From contig CP068257.2 in assembly GCA_009914755.4 (NCBI GenBank), positions 42,368,001-42,432,000 of the forward strand: DNA of 64,000 bases. Direction: 5' to 3'. Both the position numbers and the translations under genes were made by a program. Positions within the stretch are counted from its first letter, which is position 1, and every line of letters starts with the position of its first letter. Below are positions 1-18,381 of this stretch, one piece after another. Source of the DNA: the human T2T-CHM13v2.0 reference genome, Homo sapiens. The notes beneath the pieces are model-generated. The model saw only the letters and a list, made by a program, of their open reading frames with translations, was not told where the DNA came from and ran no database searches.

Positions 1-830
1 GCTGCCTGGCGCGGCCGGGCGGGCGGCGCCGCTCAGGCTCGGGCTCCGGCTGGGCCCGGCGCGGCCTCGGGGCTGCCCATGGGGCGCGGGGGGCCGGGCC
101 GGTGACGCCGGACGCCCATGGACGCCTCTGAGGAGCCGCTGCCGCCGGTGATCTACACCATGGAGAACAAGCCCATCGTCACCTGTGAGTGCCCGGAGGC
201 GGGGAGGGCGCGGCGGTCGTTGGGCGGGCCCGGGCCCTGGCGTTATGCACCCGGCGCCCCCAGACCTTCAGCCCCCGGCGCGCTCCGGGCTGGGCCGCTT
301 CCTGGAGGTGTGACCAGGGCTGCGGCTGAGGCGGGGCCCTCTGACTTTTCGGGGACGCCCTCTGACCTTCCCGCCGGGCGACCTCTGACCCCTGGGGGGC
401 GCCCTCGGGCCGGCTGCAGTTGGAGCCGGTGGAACCCGGCGGACTCTGCCCGGGACTGGGCGCGCGCCGGCGTCGAGGGCGAGGAGCGGGGGCTGCCACC
501 GCCCCGTCCCGCCCCCGTTGAGCCGCGCGCCCGGGACCTGGGGGCCCCGGCCTCTTCCGCCGGGCGGTTTTGCCCGCGGGCGCCCTTTCCCCGACTACGG
601 GGAAGTCCTTGGGGGCTCGCAGAGTTGCAGGCGTTGGCGAAGTAGGAACAGTTTGTTGCGGGGTGAAGCGTCAGGCAGAGCCGCCGGGACTGCTTTCGCT
701 CCTACACACTTCCCCGCCGCGCACTCAAACCATTTTACGGATGAGAAAGCCGAGGCTCGGGCGCTTAGGCGAGCTTGCTCCCCATGAACAGCCTCCCGCT
801 CGAGTCTACACTACGGACACCTGGTGCCTC
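1..830 (+). promoter_or_regulatory. TRAPPC10: CpG-island promoter and 5' leader of the gene. GC-rich and TATA-less, it extends about 650 bp into intron 1.
   Basis: Very high G+C and CpG density over 1..~800 (runs of gcgcgg, ccgggc). The start codon at 118 sits in a Kozak-like context (gcccATGG). CpG density falls off after ~830. Confidence 0.7.
118..184 (+). CDS. TRAPPC10: Coding exon 1 (5'UTR not delimited). Encodes MDASEEPLPPVIYTMENKPIVT plus the first nucleotide of the Cys codon. Donor CCT|GTGAGT.
   Basis: ATG at 118 in a Kozak context. Consensus donor GTGAGT at 185..190. The reading frame continues exactly into the exon at 19705 (T+GT = Cys). The N-terminus matches my recollection of TRAPPC10. 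Confidence 0.85.
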
Positions 831-1885
831 TTGGGTGTCGTGTCCTCCCCGCACCCCTCCTTTAATGCATACACAAAGGAACTGTTTTTCTGTTACGGGA
901 AAAATGTTCCCTAAATTTTAGAAGTGTGACTCTCCAGAGTTAAATACGGTTAAGAACAGTGAGCTTATGGGAAGTATTGAAATGTTTGTTGGTTGGCTTT
1001 TAGGTGACTTGCAGAGAGGTGTTTCAGACTGTTACGATTTTTGACCTTTGACAGTATTCTGTATTTTCATGCATGTATGCAGTTAGTTTTTTTCTAGTTG
1101 TCTTTCGTGCTTGGAAAGGAAGCACTCTCTGTTGCAAAATCTGGGTGCCCAGGCCACAGTAGACTGTATGTCGTGAGAACTCCTGTTTCCCTCTCACTCT
1201 GTCAGCGGGTGTGCACCTGCTGTGTTCCTTCCTGTTAGATCCCTGAGAAACTGTATATTGAAGGTTGAATTTTGTTGCTTCAGCTTTAGGTGATAGACTT
1301 ATTTCTTTCCTTCCTTTTGCTTTATTTTGTCTCTTCTCCTCTCCTCCTCTCTCTTTTTTTTCTACAGAGACCTAGACGAGATGATAGACTTTTCTTAGGG
1401 AAGTGGACTGTGTCTCATTTAAAATTGGAGACTTGCATAGTTCAGCAGTAGCTGTCTTTTTTCCTCCCCAGAATATTTGTCAGCTGAAAGTCTTTTCCTA
1501 CTCTGCACCTTCAGCCCCAGAGGGCAGATGTGGGTAGAGCTGGTCTGCAGGCCCTGCAATTTCCCAGGGGCTTTCCCAGTGCTCAGGGAAGATGAAGCCA
1601 TGCGCAGTTCATGTTAAGTTTTACTGTCTTCCAGAGGTTGAACATTTTTCTCCTAAAGTGCTGTGCACGTTGTGAATGCTGGATACACATTCATTGCCTG
1701 TACGGACATCCACACATCTAATTTTATCTTCTACCTCCTAGCTTGCTTACATTTCAATAGCAATATGTATTTATAGGCATTATGTAAATACATTTCTGAG
1801 GAGAAAGTTCCTAAGCTCTATTGGATTCAACCATAACTAAAGGGGTAAAGTTTGTTATCTGGTTGCCAGTGTTGGAGATATTTAA

Positions 1886-2351
<466 letters not shown>

Positions 2352-3041
2352 TCAAGCAACATAGTGAATGTTAATCTCTGCATGGATGGTACACTGTCCT
2401 AGAAGGTGCAAACTTTCATTCATTGGAGTCTCAGAAGAGAAGGGGGCTTCAGTAGACTGTCAAAGTTAACTTGAAAAATGATCACTTTAAAAGTGAAGGT
2501 AAAAAGCTGACTTCATACTTCCCACTTGAAATTATGTTGTGGTATATCTGGGACTGAAGCTTTAGGAAGCACTTGGCCTGGTTTCACTTTATGCCTTCAT
2601 CTTGCTCCTCTCTTTCAGCTATACATGTTTTGAAAGGAGAAGGTGGTATGAACAATTGCTTTAAAAAAATCCACCCAGAGGCTAATTAACCCTTAACTTT
2701 TTAATATTATGTACATAGTTCTCTTAGTAGGCAACATTTTTGTTTTCAAAAATCTTTTAAATTCTTACTTGAAATGGTATTACCTCAGATCTGTTCATTT
2801 TAAAATGAAAGTAGAGTTTATGCATGTTGTGAATTTTTTTTCCATAGAATGTATAATATTTTACTTCAGTGAAAATGCATTCTGCTTAGACCTTTCTGGG
2901 AAGAATATAGAATGTAACTGGTTCAGGTGAATTTAAAAACTGTGTATATGTAGGGATAGAAGAATGAAAAGTTCCCAAAGATTAAGGGTAATTAGAATAG
3001 ATTATTACTTTAAAACCTAGCTGATTATTTCACTTCATTTT

Positions 3042-3200
3042 ATTATTATTATTTTTTTAGAGATGGGGTCTCGCTCTGTCACCTAGGCTAGAGTGCAGTG
3101 GCATGGTCATAGCCGACTGCAGCCTTGCTGGGCTCAAGTGACCCCTCCCTTAGCCTGCCAAGTAGCCAGCACTACAGGTATGACCCACCTCACCTGGCCT
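3042..3200 (-). mobile_element. Partial or internally deleted Alu (right arm plus head)
   Basis: agatggggtctcgctctgtcacctaggctagagtgcagtggc...cacctggcc, with the middle third absent. Confidence 0.6.
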
Positions 3201-3215
3201 GAATTATTTTAATAA

Positions 3216-3538
<323 letters not shown>

Positions 3539-4271
3539 TAAATGTTTTAATAGACTTTAGCCCATAATTAAACCTCCTGCCTAACGGGCTCCTGTGAAGA
3601 GGGACTAGCACAGTAGGGGCCTTCTTAAACTCAGAACTAGTTACAGCTTGTAAATACTGAAGAGTGTATGTGAAATGTGCAGGGATGGGAGCTGAACAGT
3701 TAGTGGAACTAATGCTTTGACGGGGTTGGGTGATGAATGACCGAATCATAGCAATAGGAAAACTTGTAGTATATTTTATTAATCATGAAAAATGCCTGGC
3801 GTAACTGAAACAAATCCAGCAGATCCATTTGGTCTAAATTTAAATTTTAGCGTAGATTTGTTTTTCAGCCACAGGGTCAGTTTTCTGTTTTGAAATAGAC
3901 TTGGGTTTCTGTTCCAAGGGTGTATTAGGAAAGACACGTTCCTTTTCCAGCCATCTCATTCAGTTAGTGACAAAGTTAATGTAATTCCAGTGATTTGTGG
4001 CTTTTCTTTGTTGACTGTCCTCATACCTACAATAGCACATACCTGTTATTAGCTTGGAATTGAATTTCTCTGAACAATAATAGTACCCTCCCTCTAGGTG
4101 ATCTGTTCTCATTAGTCACATCTGTTGCCTGTTTCATTTTTCTGAGTTTCTGTATTTGGGGTTCCAGGTCTGATATTAGAAACTTTTAAAGGGGAAAACA
4201 GGCAACAGAAATGAGCAGATATGTAGAGCTTCGTGTCTGGTTGGACTTTGGGATTTTCCCCTGTAGGTTAA

Positions 4272-4578
<307 letters not shown>

Positions 4579-5829
4579 AGGTTAAAGTTTTTAAATTTGC
4601 ACATTGAAATTTTCTACTAAACCTGAAAATGTGGTGCTTGCGATTTAACCATCACTAGTTTTACTACCAGAAAAGTCACTTGAAATGTCTGTTTAAATGG
4701 GTGAATATGTTATAAATGCAGATTTTGTTTCATATTGAATTCTCAAGGCAATGTTGAACCAAAGATTGAAAAGTAGGAGAAACATTCTTCTTAGGAAATC
4801 GCAGTTGTTGCAGAGAGTATGTATTTGGAGGCGGGGACTAAAGGCACCAACAAATGTGCTTAACTTACTATGTCATTTCTACCCGAGCATGGTTACAAAC
4901 CATTCCATCTTGTACGCATGACCTCGGTTCTTACATAATTTCACAGACCCTTAGCTGTGAAACGGGTACAGTACCAACCCCATCGGGTTGAGAAGGGTGT
5001 GTAAAGCACTCAGGAGAGTGTCAGGATTATAGTCAGTGTGCAAAAAAAGTTACTAAGGAGAGGTTCCTCAATTTTCTCTGTTCACAATGCTTTTAGTGTC
5101 TCGGTAATTTTTTTCATGGCATCTCTAGGCTAAAAGGAATACTTAAAAATTCCATTTATTAAGTAGTTAGATTCCAGTAATTTATTAAATATTATGTCCT
5201 AACAAGAGCTGTTTGAAAAAAAATATATATAAGTTGGAAGAAAAAAATATTTTCATCATTCTTCCTAATTGCAGCAGTGTGCTACGTGGGGGGCAGGCCC
5301 TGCGGGAGCTCTGTGGCACCTCTCACCTGAAGGTCGGATTGGACGCTGCTTCTCCCTTTGGTTTTTTTTTTTTCTTCTTCTTTTTGGTGGTACTTGCTTT
5401 TTATCAGAGCAGCCACCCTGTTTTGCGACGATAATGATGTCATCGAAAGAAGTGGAGCCCTGATCTGATGTTGACACTGTGAATACCTTGTGTGGGGTTC
5501 CTACACCACAAGCATTGCTGTTTCCCTCATAAATTTAAAATATCTCTTGGTGCCTCTCTGCGTAGTGTGTGGGAAGCCTAGGTACACAGTTTGGGAACCC
5601 GTGCTGTTAGTGTTATTAGCCCAACTCCAGGGTGGATTTGAACTGATACTTTAGAATTGAAAAGCTTCCTTTCTTTTCAGCTCACACACCTACTTTACTA
5701 CAAGATGTGTTTCTGAAGAGTTTCTAGTAAGTTCTTTATGCAAATGAAATGGAAAGGTCTGATTTTCTTTTTTTTTTTCTTTTTTTCTTAAGTGCTGATG
5801 AATCTCTGAAATAATCAAGTATGATACAG

Positions 5830-6038
5830 CTTGGGCAACATAGGGAATTCCTATCTCTACAAAAATGAAAATAAAAAAGTTAGCCAGGTGTGGTGGTGTG
5901 CGCTTGTACTCCCAGCTACTTGGGAGGCCGAGGCGGGAGGATCACTTGGACCTGGGACGTCAAGGCTGCAGTGATCTGTGATTGTACCTCACACTGCAAC
6001 CTGGGTGACAGAGCAAGACCTGGTCTCAGAAAAAAAAA
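5830..6038 (+). mobile_element. 5'-truncated Alu, sense
   Basis: Begins mid left arm (cttgggcaacatag...ctacaaaaatgaaaataaaaaagttagccaggtgtggtgg). The right arm ends in poly-A. Confidence 0.8.
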
Positions 6039-6043
6039 TAAAG

Positions 6044-6971
<928 letters not shown>

Positions 6972-7669
6972 ACAGCTGCAGGGTCTTAAACAGTCAAAAC
7001 ATTCCCACCTCAGTGCCTGCCTCTGTGGTGGGTTGCCTCAGAGCTTCCTGTGGCTTCCTGTCCTGTGTCTCACCTTCTTTCTTCCTCAAATCTTTCCTCT
7101 ATCTGCTCTTAATGTCAAATATAGTCACAGTATTTTGGCCTTAGAGAATATTTGTTTTTAAATTAAAAATTGATAACCTTGGAGTCATTTATGACTTCTT
7201 TTTTCTCTCACAACTGACATTATCTTTGAAATATATCTAGAATCCAGCTATATATAGGGCCTGCCTGGATAATCTGGGATAATCACATCTTGAGCTCCTG
7301 AACTTAATTAAGTCTACAAAGACCCCTTTCCCAAATAAGGTGACATTCACAGGTTTTGAGGGTTAGGATGTTGTGGGGCACCATGCCACCTGCCGCACCA
7401 CTGTCTGTGTTAGCTACCAAGCGCGCAGTGGCCGGCATTCATCAAGCGTCTTTGGTTTTAGACAGCTGCGTCTGTCTTTGGAGGTTTGTCCTTCGTGTAC
7501 TCCTGACCGAGGGAATGTTATCTTGACATTTGGGCTTCTGGGTTCTAGATGTGGTTACAAGGTGGGGTGATCCCTTCTTAGGAAAAGTCCAGCCTCTTCT
7601 GTGCTCTCTCCCTTATGTGGCTTTTTGGACATTTGTTACATGGTGTTTAATTTCTGAATATTATTTTAG

Positions 7670-8048
<379 letters not shown>

Positions 8049-8110
8049 CATTTTTCTTATTTTTAACTGAGATCTGTTAGCAGTTTGAAGCGATTGTATA
8101 CATTTCAGAG

Positions 8111-8281
8111 TTAGCTGGGCATGGTGGTGCGTGCTTCTAGTCCTAGCTACTTGGGAGACAGGCCAGAGGATCGCTTGAGCCCAGGAATTTGAGGCTGCGG
8201 TGAGCCATGTTTGTGCCACTTCACTCCAGTCTGGGTGACAGAGTGAGACCCTGTCTCAAAAAACAAAAAACAAAAAAAAAC
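8111..8281 (+). mobile_element. Alu right-arm fragment, sense
   Basis: tagctgggcatggtggtgcgtgc...gtgagccatgtttgtgccacttcactccagtctgggtgacagagtgagaccctgtctc followed by an A-rich tail. Confidence 0.8.
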
Positions 8282-9711
8282 AATTTCAGGGTTGAAATTT
8301 TTAGCAGAGCCTTGGAACTGACAACCACCTGTTTGGATAGTAACTTTAACTCAATCTGTAGCTTGCCATTTGTGGGCACTGTCAGTTCACCTAGACCAGT
8401 CAGCAAGCTCTAAACATCCAGGTTAATGAGAAGGGCCGTCAGAAGTCATTTTGAAGTTGAGGAGCTGAGGGCTGGTTTTGCTGTGACTGGCCATGATCAG
8501 TGTAACTGTTTAGTAGCACAGCTCGGACCAATATTAGCATGTCTGATGACTCCTGCTTTACCAAGTACTTAGGGAAGGCAGACACCATCTGTTCACATGG
8601 AAGCAGGGAGTTTGTCCCTAAAATTATGCTTCTGAGAAAGCCTTTGCCATATAATTAAATAAAAATGTCACTTTAGCATTCTAAGAATTGAGTAAGTAAG
8701 CTATACACTAGAAATTTTTAGTATAGTCTTATTCCAAAATTAAATTCCTATTCTGAGAACTTGATACCCAGCACTGTCTTTGCTTCTCCTGTAGTCTGTT
8801 CTGTCCTTTGGGGATCCTGGGTTGTCTAGTGTGGAGTATGGAGGAGTTGGGCTGTTTTCATCAGTGAGCAAACATTTACGGAGGACCTATTACATGCCAG
8901 TTACTGCTGAAGGGGCTTGGGTTATGTCAGAGAGCAAAGATCCCAACCCTTTGAGAGTTTACATTCTGTCAAGAAGAGATAGACAATAGACAAATAATGT
9001 TAGGTGACAAGTGCTATGGAAAAAAGAAAAAGAGAAGGATAAGGGAAATGGAAGAACTGTAACATTTCACATATTTTATTATAAAAGTGCAATATGTATC
9101 AAAGTAGACAGAATATTATAAAGAGACCCTACAAACCTTTCACCCAACTACAGCAATTAGGTGAACTGCCCAATCTTGCTTCTCTATACCCCTCATTCTC
9201 CCCAGTCTTATATTATTTTGAAGCAAATCTCAGACATATAATTTATCCACGAATGGATGTTATGGACTGAACATTTGTGTCCCTCCCTACACACCGAAGC
9301 CCTGACTCCCAGTGTGCTAAGAATAGGAGATGGGCCTTTGAGAAGTACCAGGGCTAGATGAGGTCAGGAGGGTGGGCCCTTTATTATTGGATTAGATGAG
9401 GAAGAGTGAGAGGACACCTCCCCCTTGAAACGAGGAAAGGCCACCTGAGGATAACAGCAAGGAAGTGGCTGTCTGCAGTCTGTAACACAGGCCTCACCAG
9501 AAACCTAATCTACTGACACCTTGATCTCGGGCTTCTTGACCTACAGAGCTATGAGAAAATACATTGCGATTTTTTTTTTCTTTCTTAGGGTCTTTTCAGA
9601 GAGAAAACAAAAAACTGTTTTCTAAGCCACCCAGTCTATGGCATTTTTTTTTCTTTTTAAAAATTTCTTTCTTTTTTTTTTTCTTTCATGGTATTTTTTA
9701 ATTACACCTAA

Positions 9712-10240
<529 letters not shown>

Positions 10241-10612
10241 AAACGTTTCTTAATACCAAATATTCAGTGTTTAAGTTTCCAGTGTGTCTTAAATGTCCAT
10301 TTTTAAAACTGTTTGAATTAGTATCCAAATACAGTTTTTAGATAAATCCTTTAAGTCTCTTAAAATCTTCATGTTCCCTCTGTCTCTTTTTTTTTCTTTA
10401 TAACTTGATGAACCTGGCTCATTTGTCTTGAAAAGGTCCCACTGCCTAGACTTTGGTAGTTGGAGCTGGAGGCTGGGTCAGCTTCAGGCTGGATTTTTTG
10501 TCGGCAGGACTTTATCATGGGTGTTGCTGTTCTTCCAGCAGGTGCGTGATGTCCGATTACCTCTCCTTTTGGAAATTGGCAGCCATTTATTTTCACATCA
10601 CTAATTCCCTAA

Positions 10613-10958
<346 letters not shown>

Positions 10959-11372
10959 TATGTAACCATTTTCAAAGTGAGTTGGTTCACTGGCATCTTT
11001 CAGAGGTGATCGGTTGGCGTGTTTTTGTTGTTCGTTTAGTATGGCTGTGAACTTAATCATTATGAACATACTTGATGTGTTACAGTCCATTGCATTGTTG
11101 CCTCGTTGGTGAGCAGGTTGTTCTCCCTTTGGCCAGGGAGAGTCTCTTTCATGTTGGGGTCTAAGATAGAGGCATCTTTGTCAGATTCTTTCCTATCTAG
11201 CCTGACAAGATGTTCCGGGCTCATTTTGAACATTTAATGCCCTGATCTGCACTTAGCAATTGCCAAGGAGCCCTGATTCCTTTTAGTGAAAAATAGTATT
11301 TCAAGACCATAGTCTGCAAGCTTGGGCTCCTAGTTGCTGTGAGGCCTTTTCAATAGGCAGAGCTAGGAATAG

Positions 11373-11737
<365 letters not shown>

Positions 11738-13443
11738 TAAGATAAAATACATCATAAGTTCACTCTTTTTGATGAAAACTCAGGGCTGCAGGGTTTTAAT
11801 TAACAGCTCCATCCTCTGTGTTTTCTCTTTTCCACACTGAAAATCCTAATTCTCATGGGTACTTGAGGAGGCTAGAGTTAGAGGTTCCCCAGCTCATGCT
11901 GCTTCAGTCACCTGGAGGGCTTGTGGACACACAGATGGCTGGGTCCATTCCCCATTTCTGATTGAACAGGTCTGGGTGGGGCCTGAGAATGAGCATTTCT
12001 AACAAATGCCCAGGTGGTGCTGATGCTGAAGGGCCAGGGGCCACTGAATAGAACATCACACGATTGCTCACTTGCTTTCAGTTGCTTTATCCCTCATTAC
12101 ATAGACTCTGAATAACACTATTAACTCCACCATCAACAACAGGACTAGTGAACACAGGTCTAGAACTGTTTTTGACAGTTCTTATTGGCATTTGGATGTA
12201 TCCCATAAGGAATGAACAGTCAAATTACTGTAGTTTTAAAGTTACTTGTCATAGCTCCTCTCTCTGAGATTATACCACTAAATGTATATGTATACATTTA
12301 AGTTCACTTGTTTTATTTTTCCTGATTATTTTTAGGGAAAACCTTGAAAAAATCTAATTGCTTTATAACTATATAAAATATTTACTTCCAAAATTAAATC
12401 TACAAAATGAGGTCTATTTAAAGAAGCCTTGTGTATGTTCTGTCCTCTCCATGCTAACTCCTCCCTTCCTGAGTACTCCATCACAGTTTTTATGGTTTTC
12501 CTTCCACGTGAAAAACATCCAAACATATTTGTATTTCCCTTTCTTAGCTTAGACATTGCCAGCTGCACACACTGTCCCACCTCACTTTCCCCCGGACTCC
12601 ACTCCACGCTAGGAGTATGTTGAGATCATTCTCATTCCATGATGTCGATATTCCGTGGTTTATTCTGCCAGTCCCCTCCTGGTGGAATTTGAGTTGTTTT
12701 GTGTTTTACTGTTTCCAGTAGTTGTGCACAGATAGCCTGTCTGTGGCCTTTCCGACGGGCCTGTTGGGATGGAGCCCTGCAGGGCGGGTTGCTGGGCTGA
12801 GGCAAATGGTTATGTCACTGTGCTGATGCTGCCTCAGCTCCCTCCTGAGTGCTTGCACCATTGGGAAACTGCCTGTAGGCCTCGCTGAGAAGCCAGCCCT
12901 TGAACAAAGCCAGTGGCAAAGGGGAAGTCTGGGGAAAGACCAGTTTGGGAACCCTTCTGTCTAAAGCCTTAAGGCATTGGGGTGCCAGGAACAGGAGTGT
13001 CTCTTTTTAACTTGTAAATACAGTACTGTGGTTCAAACTGCTACAGTAATGCTGTGTTTATTTAAAAAATGTATACACTGTTAAAGGCTGATTCCTCAGT
13101 ATTCTTATATTCAGATGCATTTATCCAGTCTTTTTGTTTTTAAACTCTTGAATTTTAAGTTTGCTCTCTGAGGGCTAGAGAAGGCAACTTGTTTCCTTGA
13201 TTAGAAGAGTTCATTCAACTTCTTAACATTCTTGGCCTGTGTGTTCTTGTCTTTTAAGTTAAAACAGAAAAAGACTGGGACTTTCTGTCTTTTGACTAGT
13301 CTTTACGTGTAGTAGTTCCTTTTCTGCAAATTTCCACAGTAGGAAACTTGATGAACACTAATGTATGGGTTTTCTTTTGACCCCACCTACAGTGGGTAGT
13401 ATTGTCATATGACTGGGTGCTGGGAGAGAGCAGCAGAGGGCAG

Positions 13444-13445
<2 letters not shown>

Positions 13446-13495
<50 letters not shown>
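13446..13495. repeat. (GT)25 microsatellite
   Basis: An uninterrupted gt dinucleotide run. Confidence 0.95.
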
Positions 13496-13496
<1 letters not shown>

Positions 13497-16400
13497 AGAG
13501 GGAAGGTAGAGACCACAGGAAGGACCTGGAGGAGAGCCAGGCTGAATGGGTATAACGTTAAGCCGGCGATGACATGGCAGGGGGTGTACTGAGTACTTCT
13601 TTAGACTTGGCCTTTAAACTTGGTGGTGCAGAACTGTGGGAGGGTTCATTTGCTTTACTTCTCAAATATGTGCCTTCTAATGAAGGGAGGACAGTGTCTA
13701 TGCTAGAAATGTGGAGTTAGTTGCCTAGTCATCTTAGGGGGTGACTAAACCTTGCTTTCTACCTAGAGAATCTGGATAACATCTGGATCCTTTTTTGTGC
13801 TTTCTCGTTGACCTTCACTCCCTGCCCCCACCCCCGACTGCGAAGGCTTTTCACGGACAGATACTCTGGCAGGAGCACCGGGGAGGCTTCCATACCCATG
13901 ATTATGCATTTGATGTTAGTTTTCACCATGAAAGAGCTCCCAATCTGAAGCATTAATTTTCATTACTGCCTCGACATTATACACGAATTATAGCAAATAC
14001 TTTATGCATTATTGAACAGGCTGAGATGACTTCCCAGTTTGTAATCTCGGATGTTTTTATCGTCCATTTGAAAGCCCGTTTTACCAAAAGCCATTGAAGA
14101 GAAATGAATGTATGGCCTATGGGCAAGCACTTGCATTCCTAGGCTTGAAGACGGTGCCCTCTCTAATCCCGTGTTTTCAAACATGAACTGCCTCATAGTG
14201 GATTGCAGCTTTCTTTTGTTAATAGGCTTAAAGAATTATTATTTCTGCAAAATTTTCTGTAAAGCAAATCTTAGATAAATTATACATTTCCTTTGACTTT
14301 TTTGTTCAAAAATAGAATCATGGAACCTTGCTTGGAGGGCCTTAAAATTAGTTCATCTCTTGTCTAGTCCAGTCACTCCGCTGCTTTTAGTCGCAACTGG
14401 GAGATGACCCAGCCCATGGTTGAGGCCCCCAGCTGTGGGACACTTTCTGTCATTCTTCACCCCCCTCCACCCTCAGGGTCTTCTCTCGTAGGCCACAGCA
14501 TTTCTTGGGTTGAGCTAAATCCATTTCTCTGTCTTTCTCACCCATTAGTGCTCTGGGGCCTACTAAGCCCTACAGAATAAAGCCAGCCTTTGAAAATAAG
14601 ACAGCCCATTAGGTGGCCGAGGACAGTGTCTTGTTAACAGGTTGAAACACTCCACATGTCTCCAACAATTTAAGATAAAGTGAGATGTATTTTATTAGAA
14701 AACTTACTGTTCCTTTTACCAAGATTATGCTAAAGAATTTGAAGAAAAATTGTCCTGTATCAGAGTATCAGCAAATATTCAGACTCCTTATGTCAAGGTT
14801 TTTTTTTCCAACATAAATCTCCAAATAGAAGTATTGACCTTGAAAATATATCATGTCAGGTATTTAGGAAAGCGACAAACTGACTGAACATTCTGTTTTG
14901 CTTAGCCACTCTCTCAGGGTTATAATTTTGTGATCCTTTTATACTTTTGTATGAGTAAGACCATCACGGCTTTGCACGTTCAAGAATTGGTTCAGTAAAA
15001 AACAGATGACAGAAATGTTCACTCTGTCTGCGGAAGGCCTTTTGGAACCCATATTTTCAGCCAACCATTGTTAAAACAACTGCTGCAGAGTAAGTAGTAA
15101 ACTTGTTAGAATTAAGAAGTTGGGAAGGAGCACTGGGCAGTATTGAGTCCTAAGCCAAGCTACCTGGGTTCGAATCCCAGCCTTGGCGCTCATTTGCTTG
15201 ATGTTGGGCCAATTAGGGGAGTTCTTGATGTCTTGGTTTCCATATGAGGGTTCAGGGTGAGTATGCGTGAAGTGCCGGGGGCATAGCAGGCGCACGGTGC
15301 TGTCTGGAGGGACGGTAAACAGGTGGCCCTTCTCTTGACTGTGTTACCTAGCAGCTGTTCCATGACCCTAATGTGATGGTTTTGGGAGGTGGGGCCTTTG
15401 GGAGGTGATTAGGTCATGTGGCTGGAGTCCCCACAAAAGGGATTAGTGCCCTTATAAAAAAGGGCCCCAGAGATCTCCCTTGCCCCTTCCCCCACGTGAG
15501 GGCACAGCAAGACCAAGGTACTCAACCTGCTGAAGCCTTGACTCAGACTTACACCCTCCAGAAATGATAAATAAATTTCTGCTGTTTATAAGCCATCCTA
15601 GTTTATTGTATGTTGTTATGGCAGCCTGAACAGAGTAAGACATTGAATTTATTGAAATGTTACCTGTTACACTAAATCACTGAAGTCATCTTTTTGAATT
15701 CTTTCCCCCATCGTGTTTCTTATTTGCTTTGAACATAAAAGGTTTTAAATTACACAAGTAATGCATGAATACGTGCTTGTAAAAATCTCAGGGAATACAG
15801 TAATAATTCAGGAAATAGCTAAGCCTATGTTAGTAATCTGATTGCATGTAACAGAAAATCCAATTGCAACTGCATAAATAATCCAAAAACTGATTGGTCC
15901 ATGTAATCAGACCCCAGAGCTCTGCCCCGCTTTCCCGGGGATTCTCTGAACTGGGCTTTCCTCAGCCTGGGGGCCCATCCAGCGGCTCCAGGCGGCACCC
16001 TAGAAAGAGTGCCTGTGTCCCTCTGGGTGGCTGCTGCTTGCCATTCCCTCTACATGTCTCTTCCCATCTGGGGACTCCAGTGCCTGCTGTTCAGCCAGGG
16101 TGATGCTGTGCTCCCACAGACTTTAGGGATCCATGGCACCCCAGCTTCCTGACCTGCCGCACCCTCTTATCTCCCTGTCTCCCCAGTGGGCATGAGAGCC
16201 AATGGTGGGTGTGGAGACGCACAGGGATGGGGGTGTATGTAGTGAAGTTGTGTTTTGAATTGCTCTTATAAATTATTTTGATAGATCTCCTCTGTCACCA
16301 AAAAAAGGAGACCTTAGTTATTGGAATAAAAGGCCTGAGTTGTCTCTTAATAAATAGCCTCCTGAGGCAGAACAGTGAACTGGGTGACTTTGTGAACAGG

Positions 16401-16630
16401 GTTTCTGAGTGTGGGCACATCAGTCTCAAGCCCCGTTTTGGCTCTTAGGAACCACCCTATTAACAAGCGAGTTCCTGCTGGGTTTCGCTCATGCCTCTGT
16501 TGCCCGTGGGATTAAAATGAAAATTTAGCCTGGAACGTGCTCTGCCTCGCAGTTCAGCCCGCAGAGCTCTAGTGACTTTTCTGCTTAATGGTTGGGTTAG
16601 TTCAGGAAACTACAAAGTCTGTGTTGTTAA

Positions 16631-17006
<376 letters not shown>

Positions 17007-18070
17007 TGCTCTTCACCATCTTTCATGTGCTGGTTCTCCATACCCCATTTTCAAAGGCATCTCTAATTTCATAAGACTTGATGTGAAGATTTAAGAGTTT
17101 ATTAAAATAATGGTTGTATATGCTGAGAAAATGGTGGTGATTTTTCTTCACATTGTTAATGCAGCGCCTCAGTGGGTTAGAATTGGGCCTTCAAATCTAC
17201 GCTGGGGCACTGTCTTGGTGTGCTAGGGCTGCCGCCACAGAGTCACACAGTCTGGGTGGCTTAGCACAAATGCGCTGTGTCACAGCTCTGGAGACCAGGT
17301 CCAGGCAGCCACAGCATGGGCCTTTGTGTCCTCATGGGGCCTTCCTGCGTTCCTTCTGTCTGTGTGACCAAATCTTCTCTTTACACAAGTCAGTTGGATT
17401 AGGGCCCATCCTGAAGACCTCATTTTAACTAAGCTACCTTATCAACTTTGAAGACCTTATCTGCATATGGTTATATTCTGAGGTACTGGATTTTAGGGCT
17501 TCAACAGGTAGGTTTTTGTGGGACACAGTTCAGCCCATAACAGGTACTGAGGTCAGATGGTCCCAGGTCAAATTCCTACTTAGGTCAGATGACACTTTTG
17601 CCACTGTTGGATGTGCTGATTGACTGGTCATCTTCTAGGTGAACACAGGTTAGAGAGTTAGTCCATGATGGAATGCGAGAGACATTGCTACTTGGTAGTC
17701 TCCATTTAGACGAGTCTTACTGTACGGCAGGGTTCCCAGGGAGAAGAGCTTGGAGCAGGTGTTGGAGGCAGTTCCACTTTTACTCTGTACGGATGTTATT
17801 TGTATACGTATGTGAAGTAACTGTATTGCAAAGATAGAATGTGAGAGAGAGAGCGAGAGAGTGTGTGTGTGTGTGTGTTTGTAGTTTTATATAGAAAACC
17901 AAGTGGAAGAGGAGAAAGCGATTCCATTTAGTTGGCTTACTTTCCACTTAGCAAAGAGTAATGATTTTTATACATTAATCTTGGAACTGTTTAACAGGAC
18001 AACAGAAATTGGCAATCAAAGTTAAGAAACCAGAGGCTAACTAAAGATTTTCTTCTTTTCTTTTATTGAT

Positions 18071-18381
<311 letters not shown>

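Noticed and set aside
118-645. A 175-aa ORF on the plus strand that starts at the true start codon.
   Set aside because: Only the first 67 nt are exon 1, with a consensus donor at 185. The rest is read-through into the GC-rich, stop-poor CpG-island intron (a Pro/Gly/Arg/Ala-rich nonsense peptide). It is an intron-retention artefact and not the gene product.
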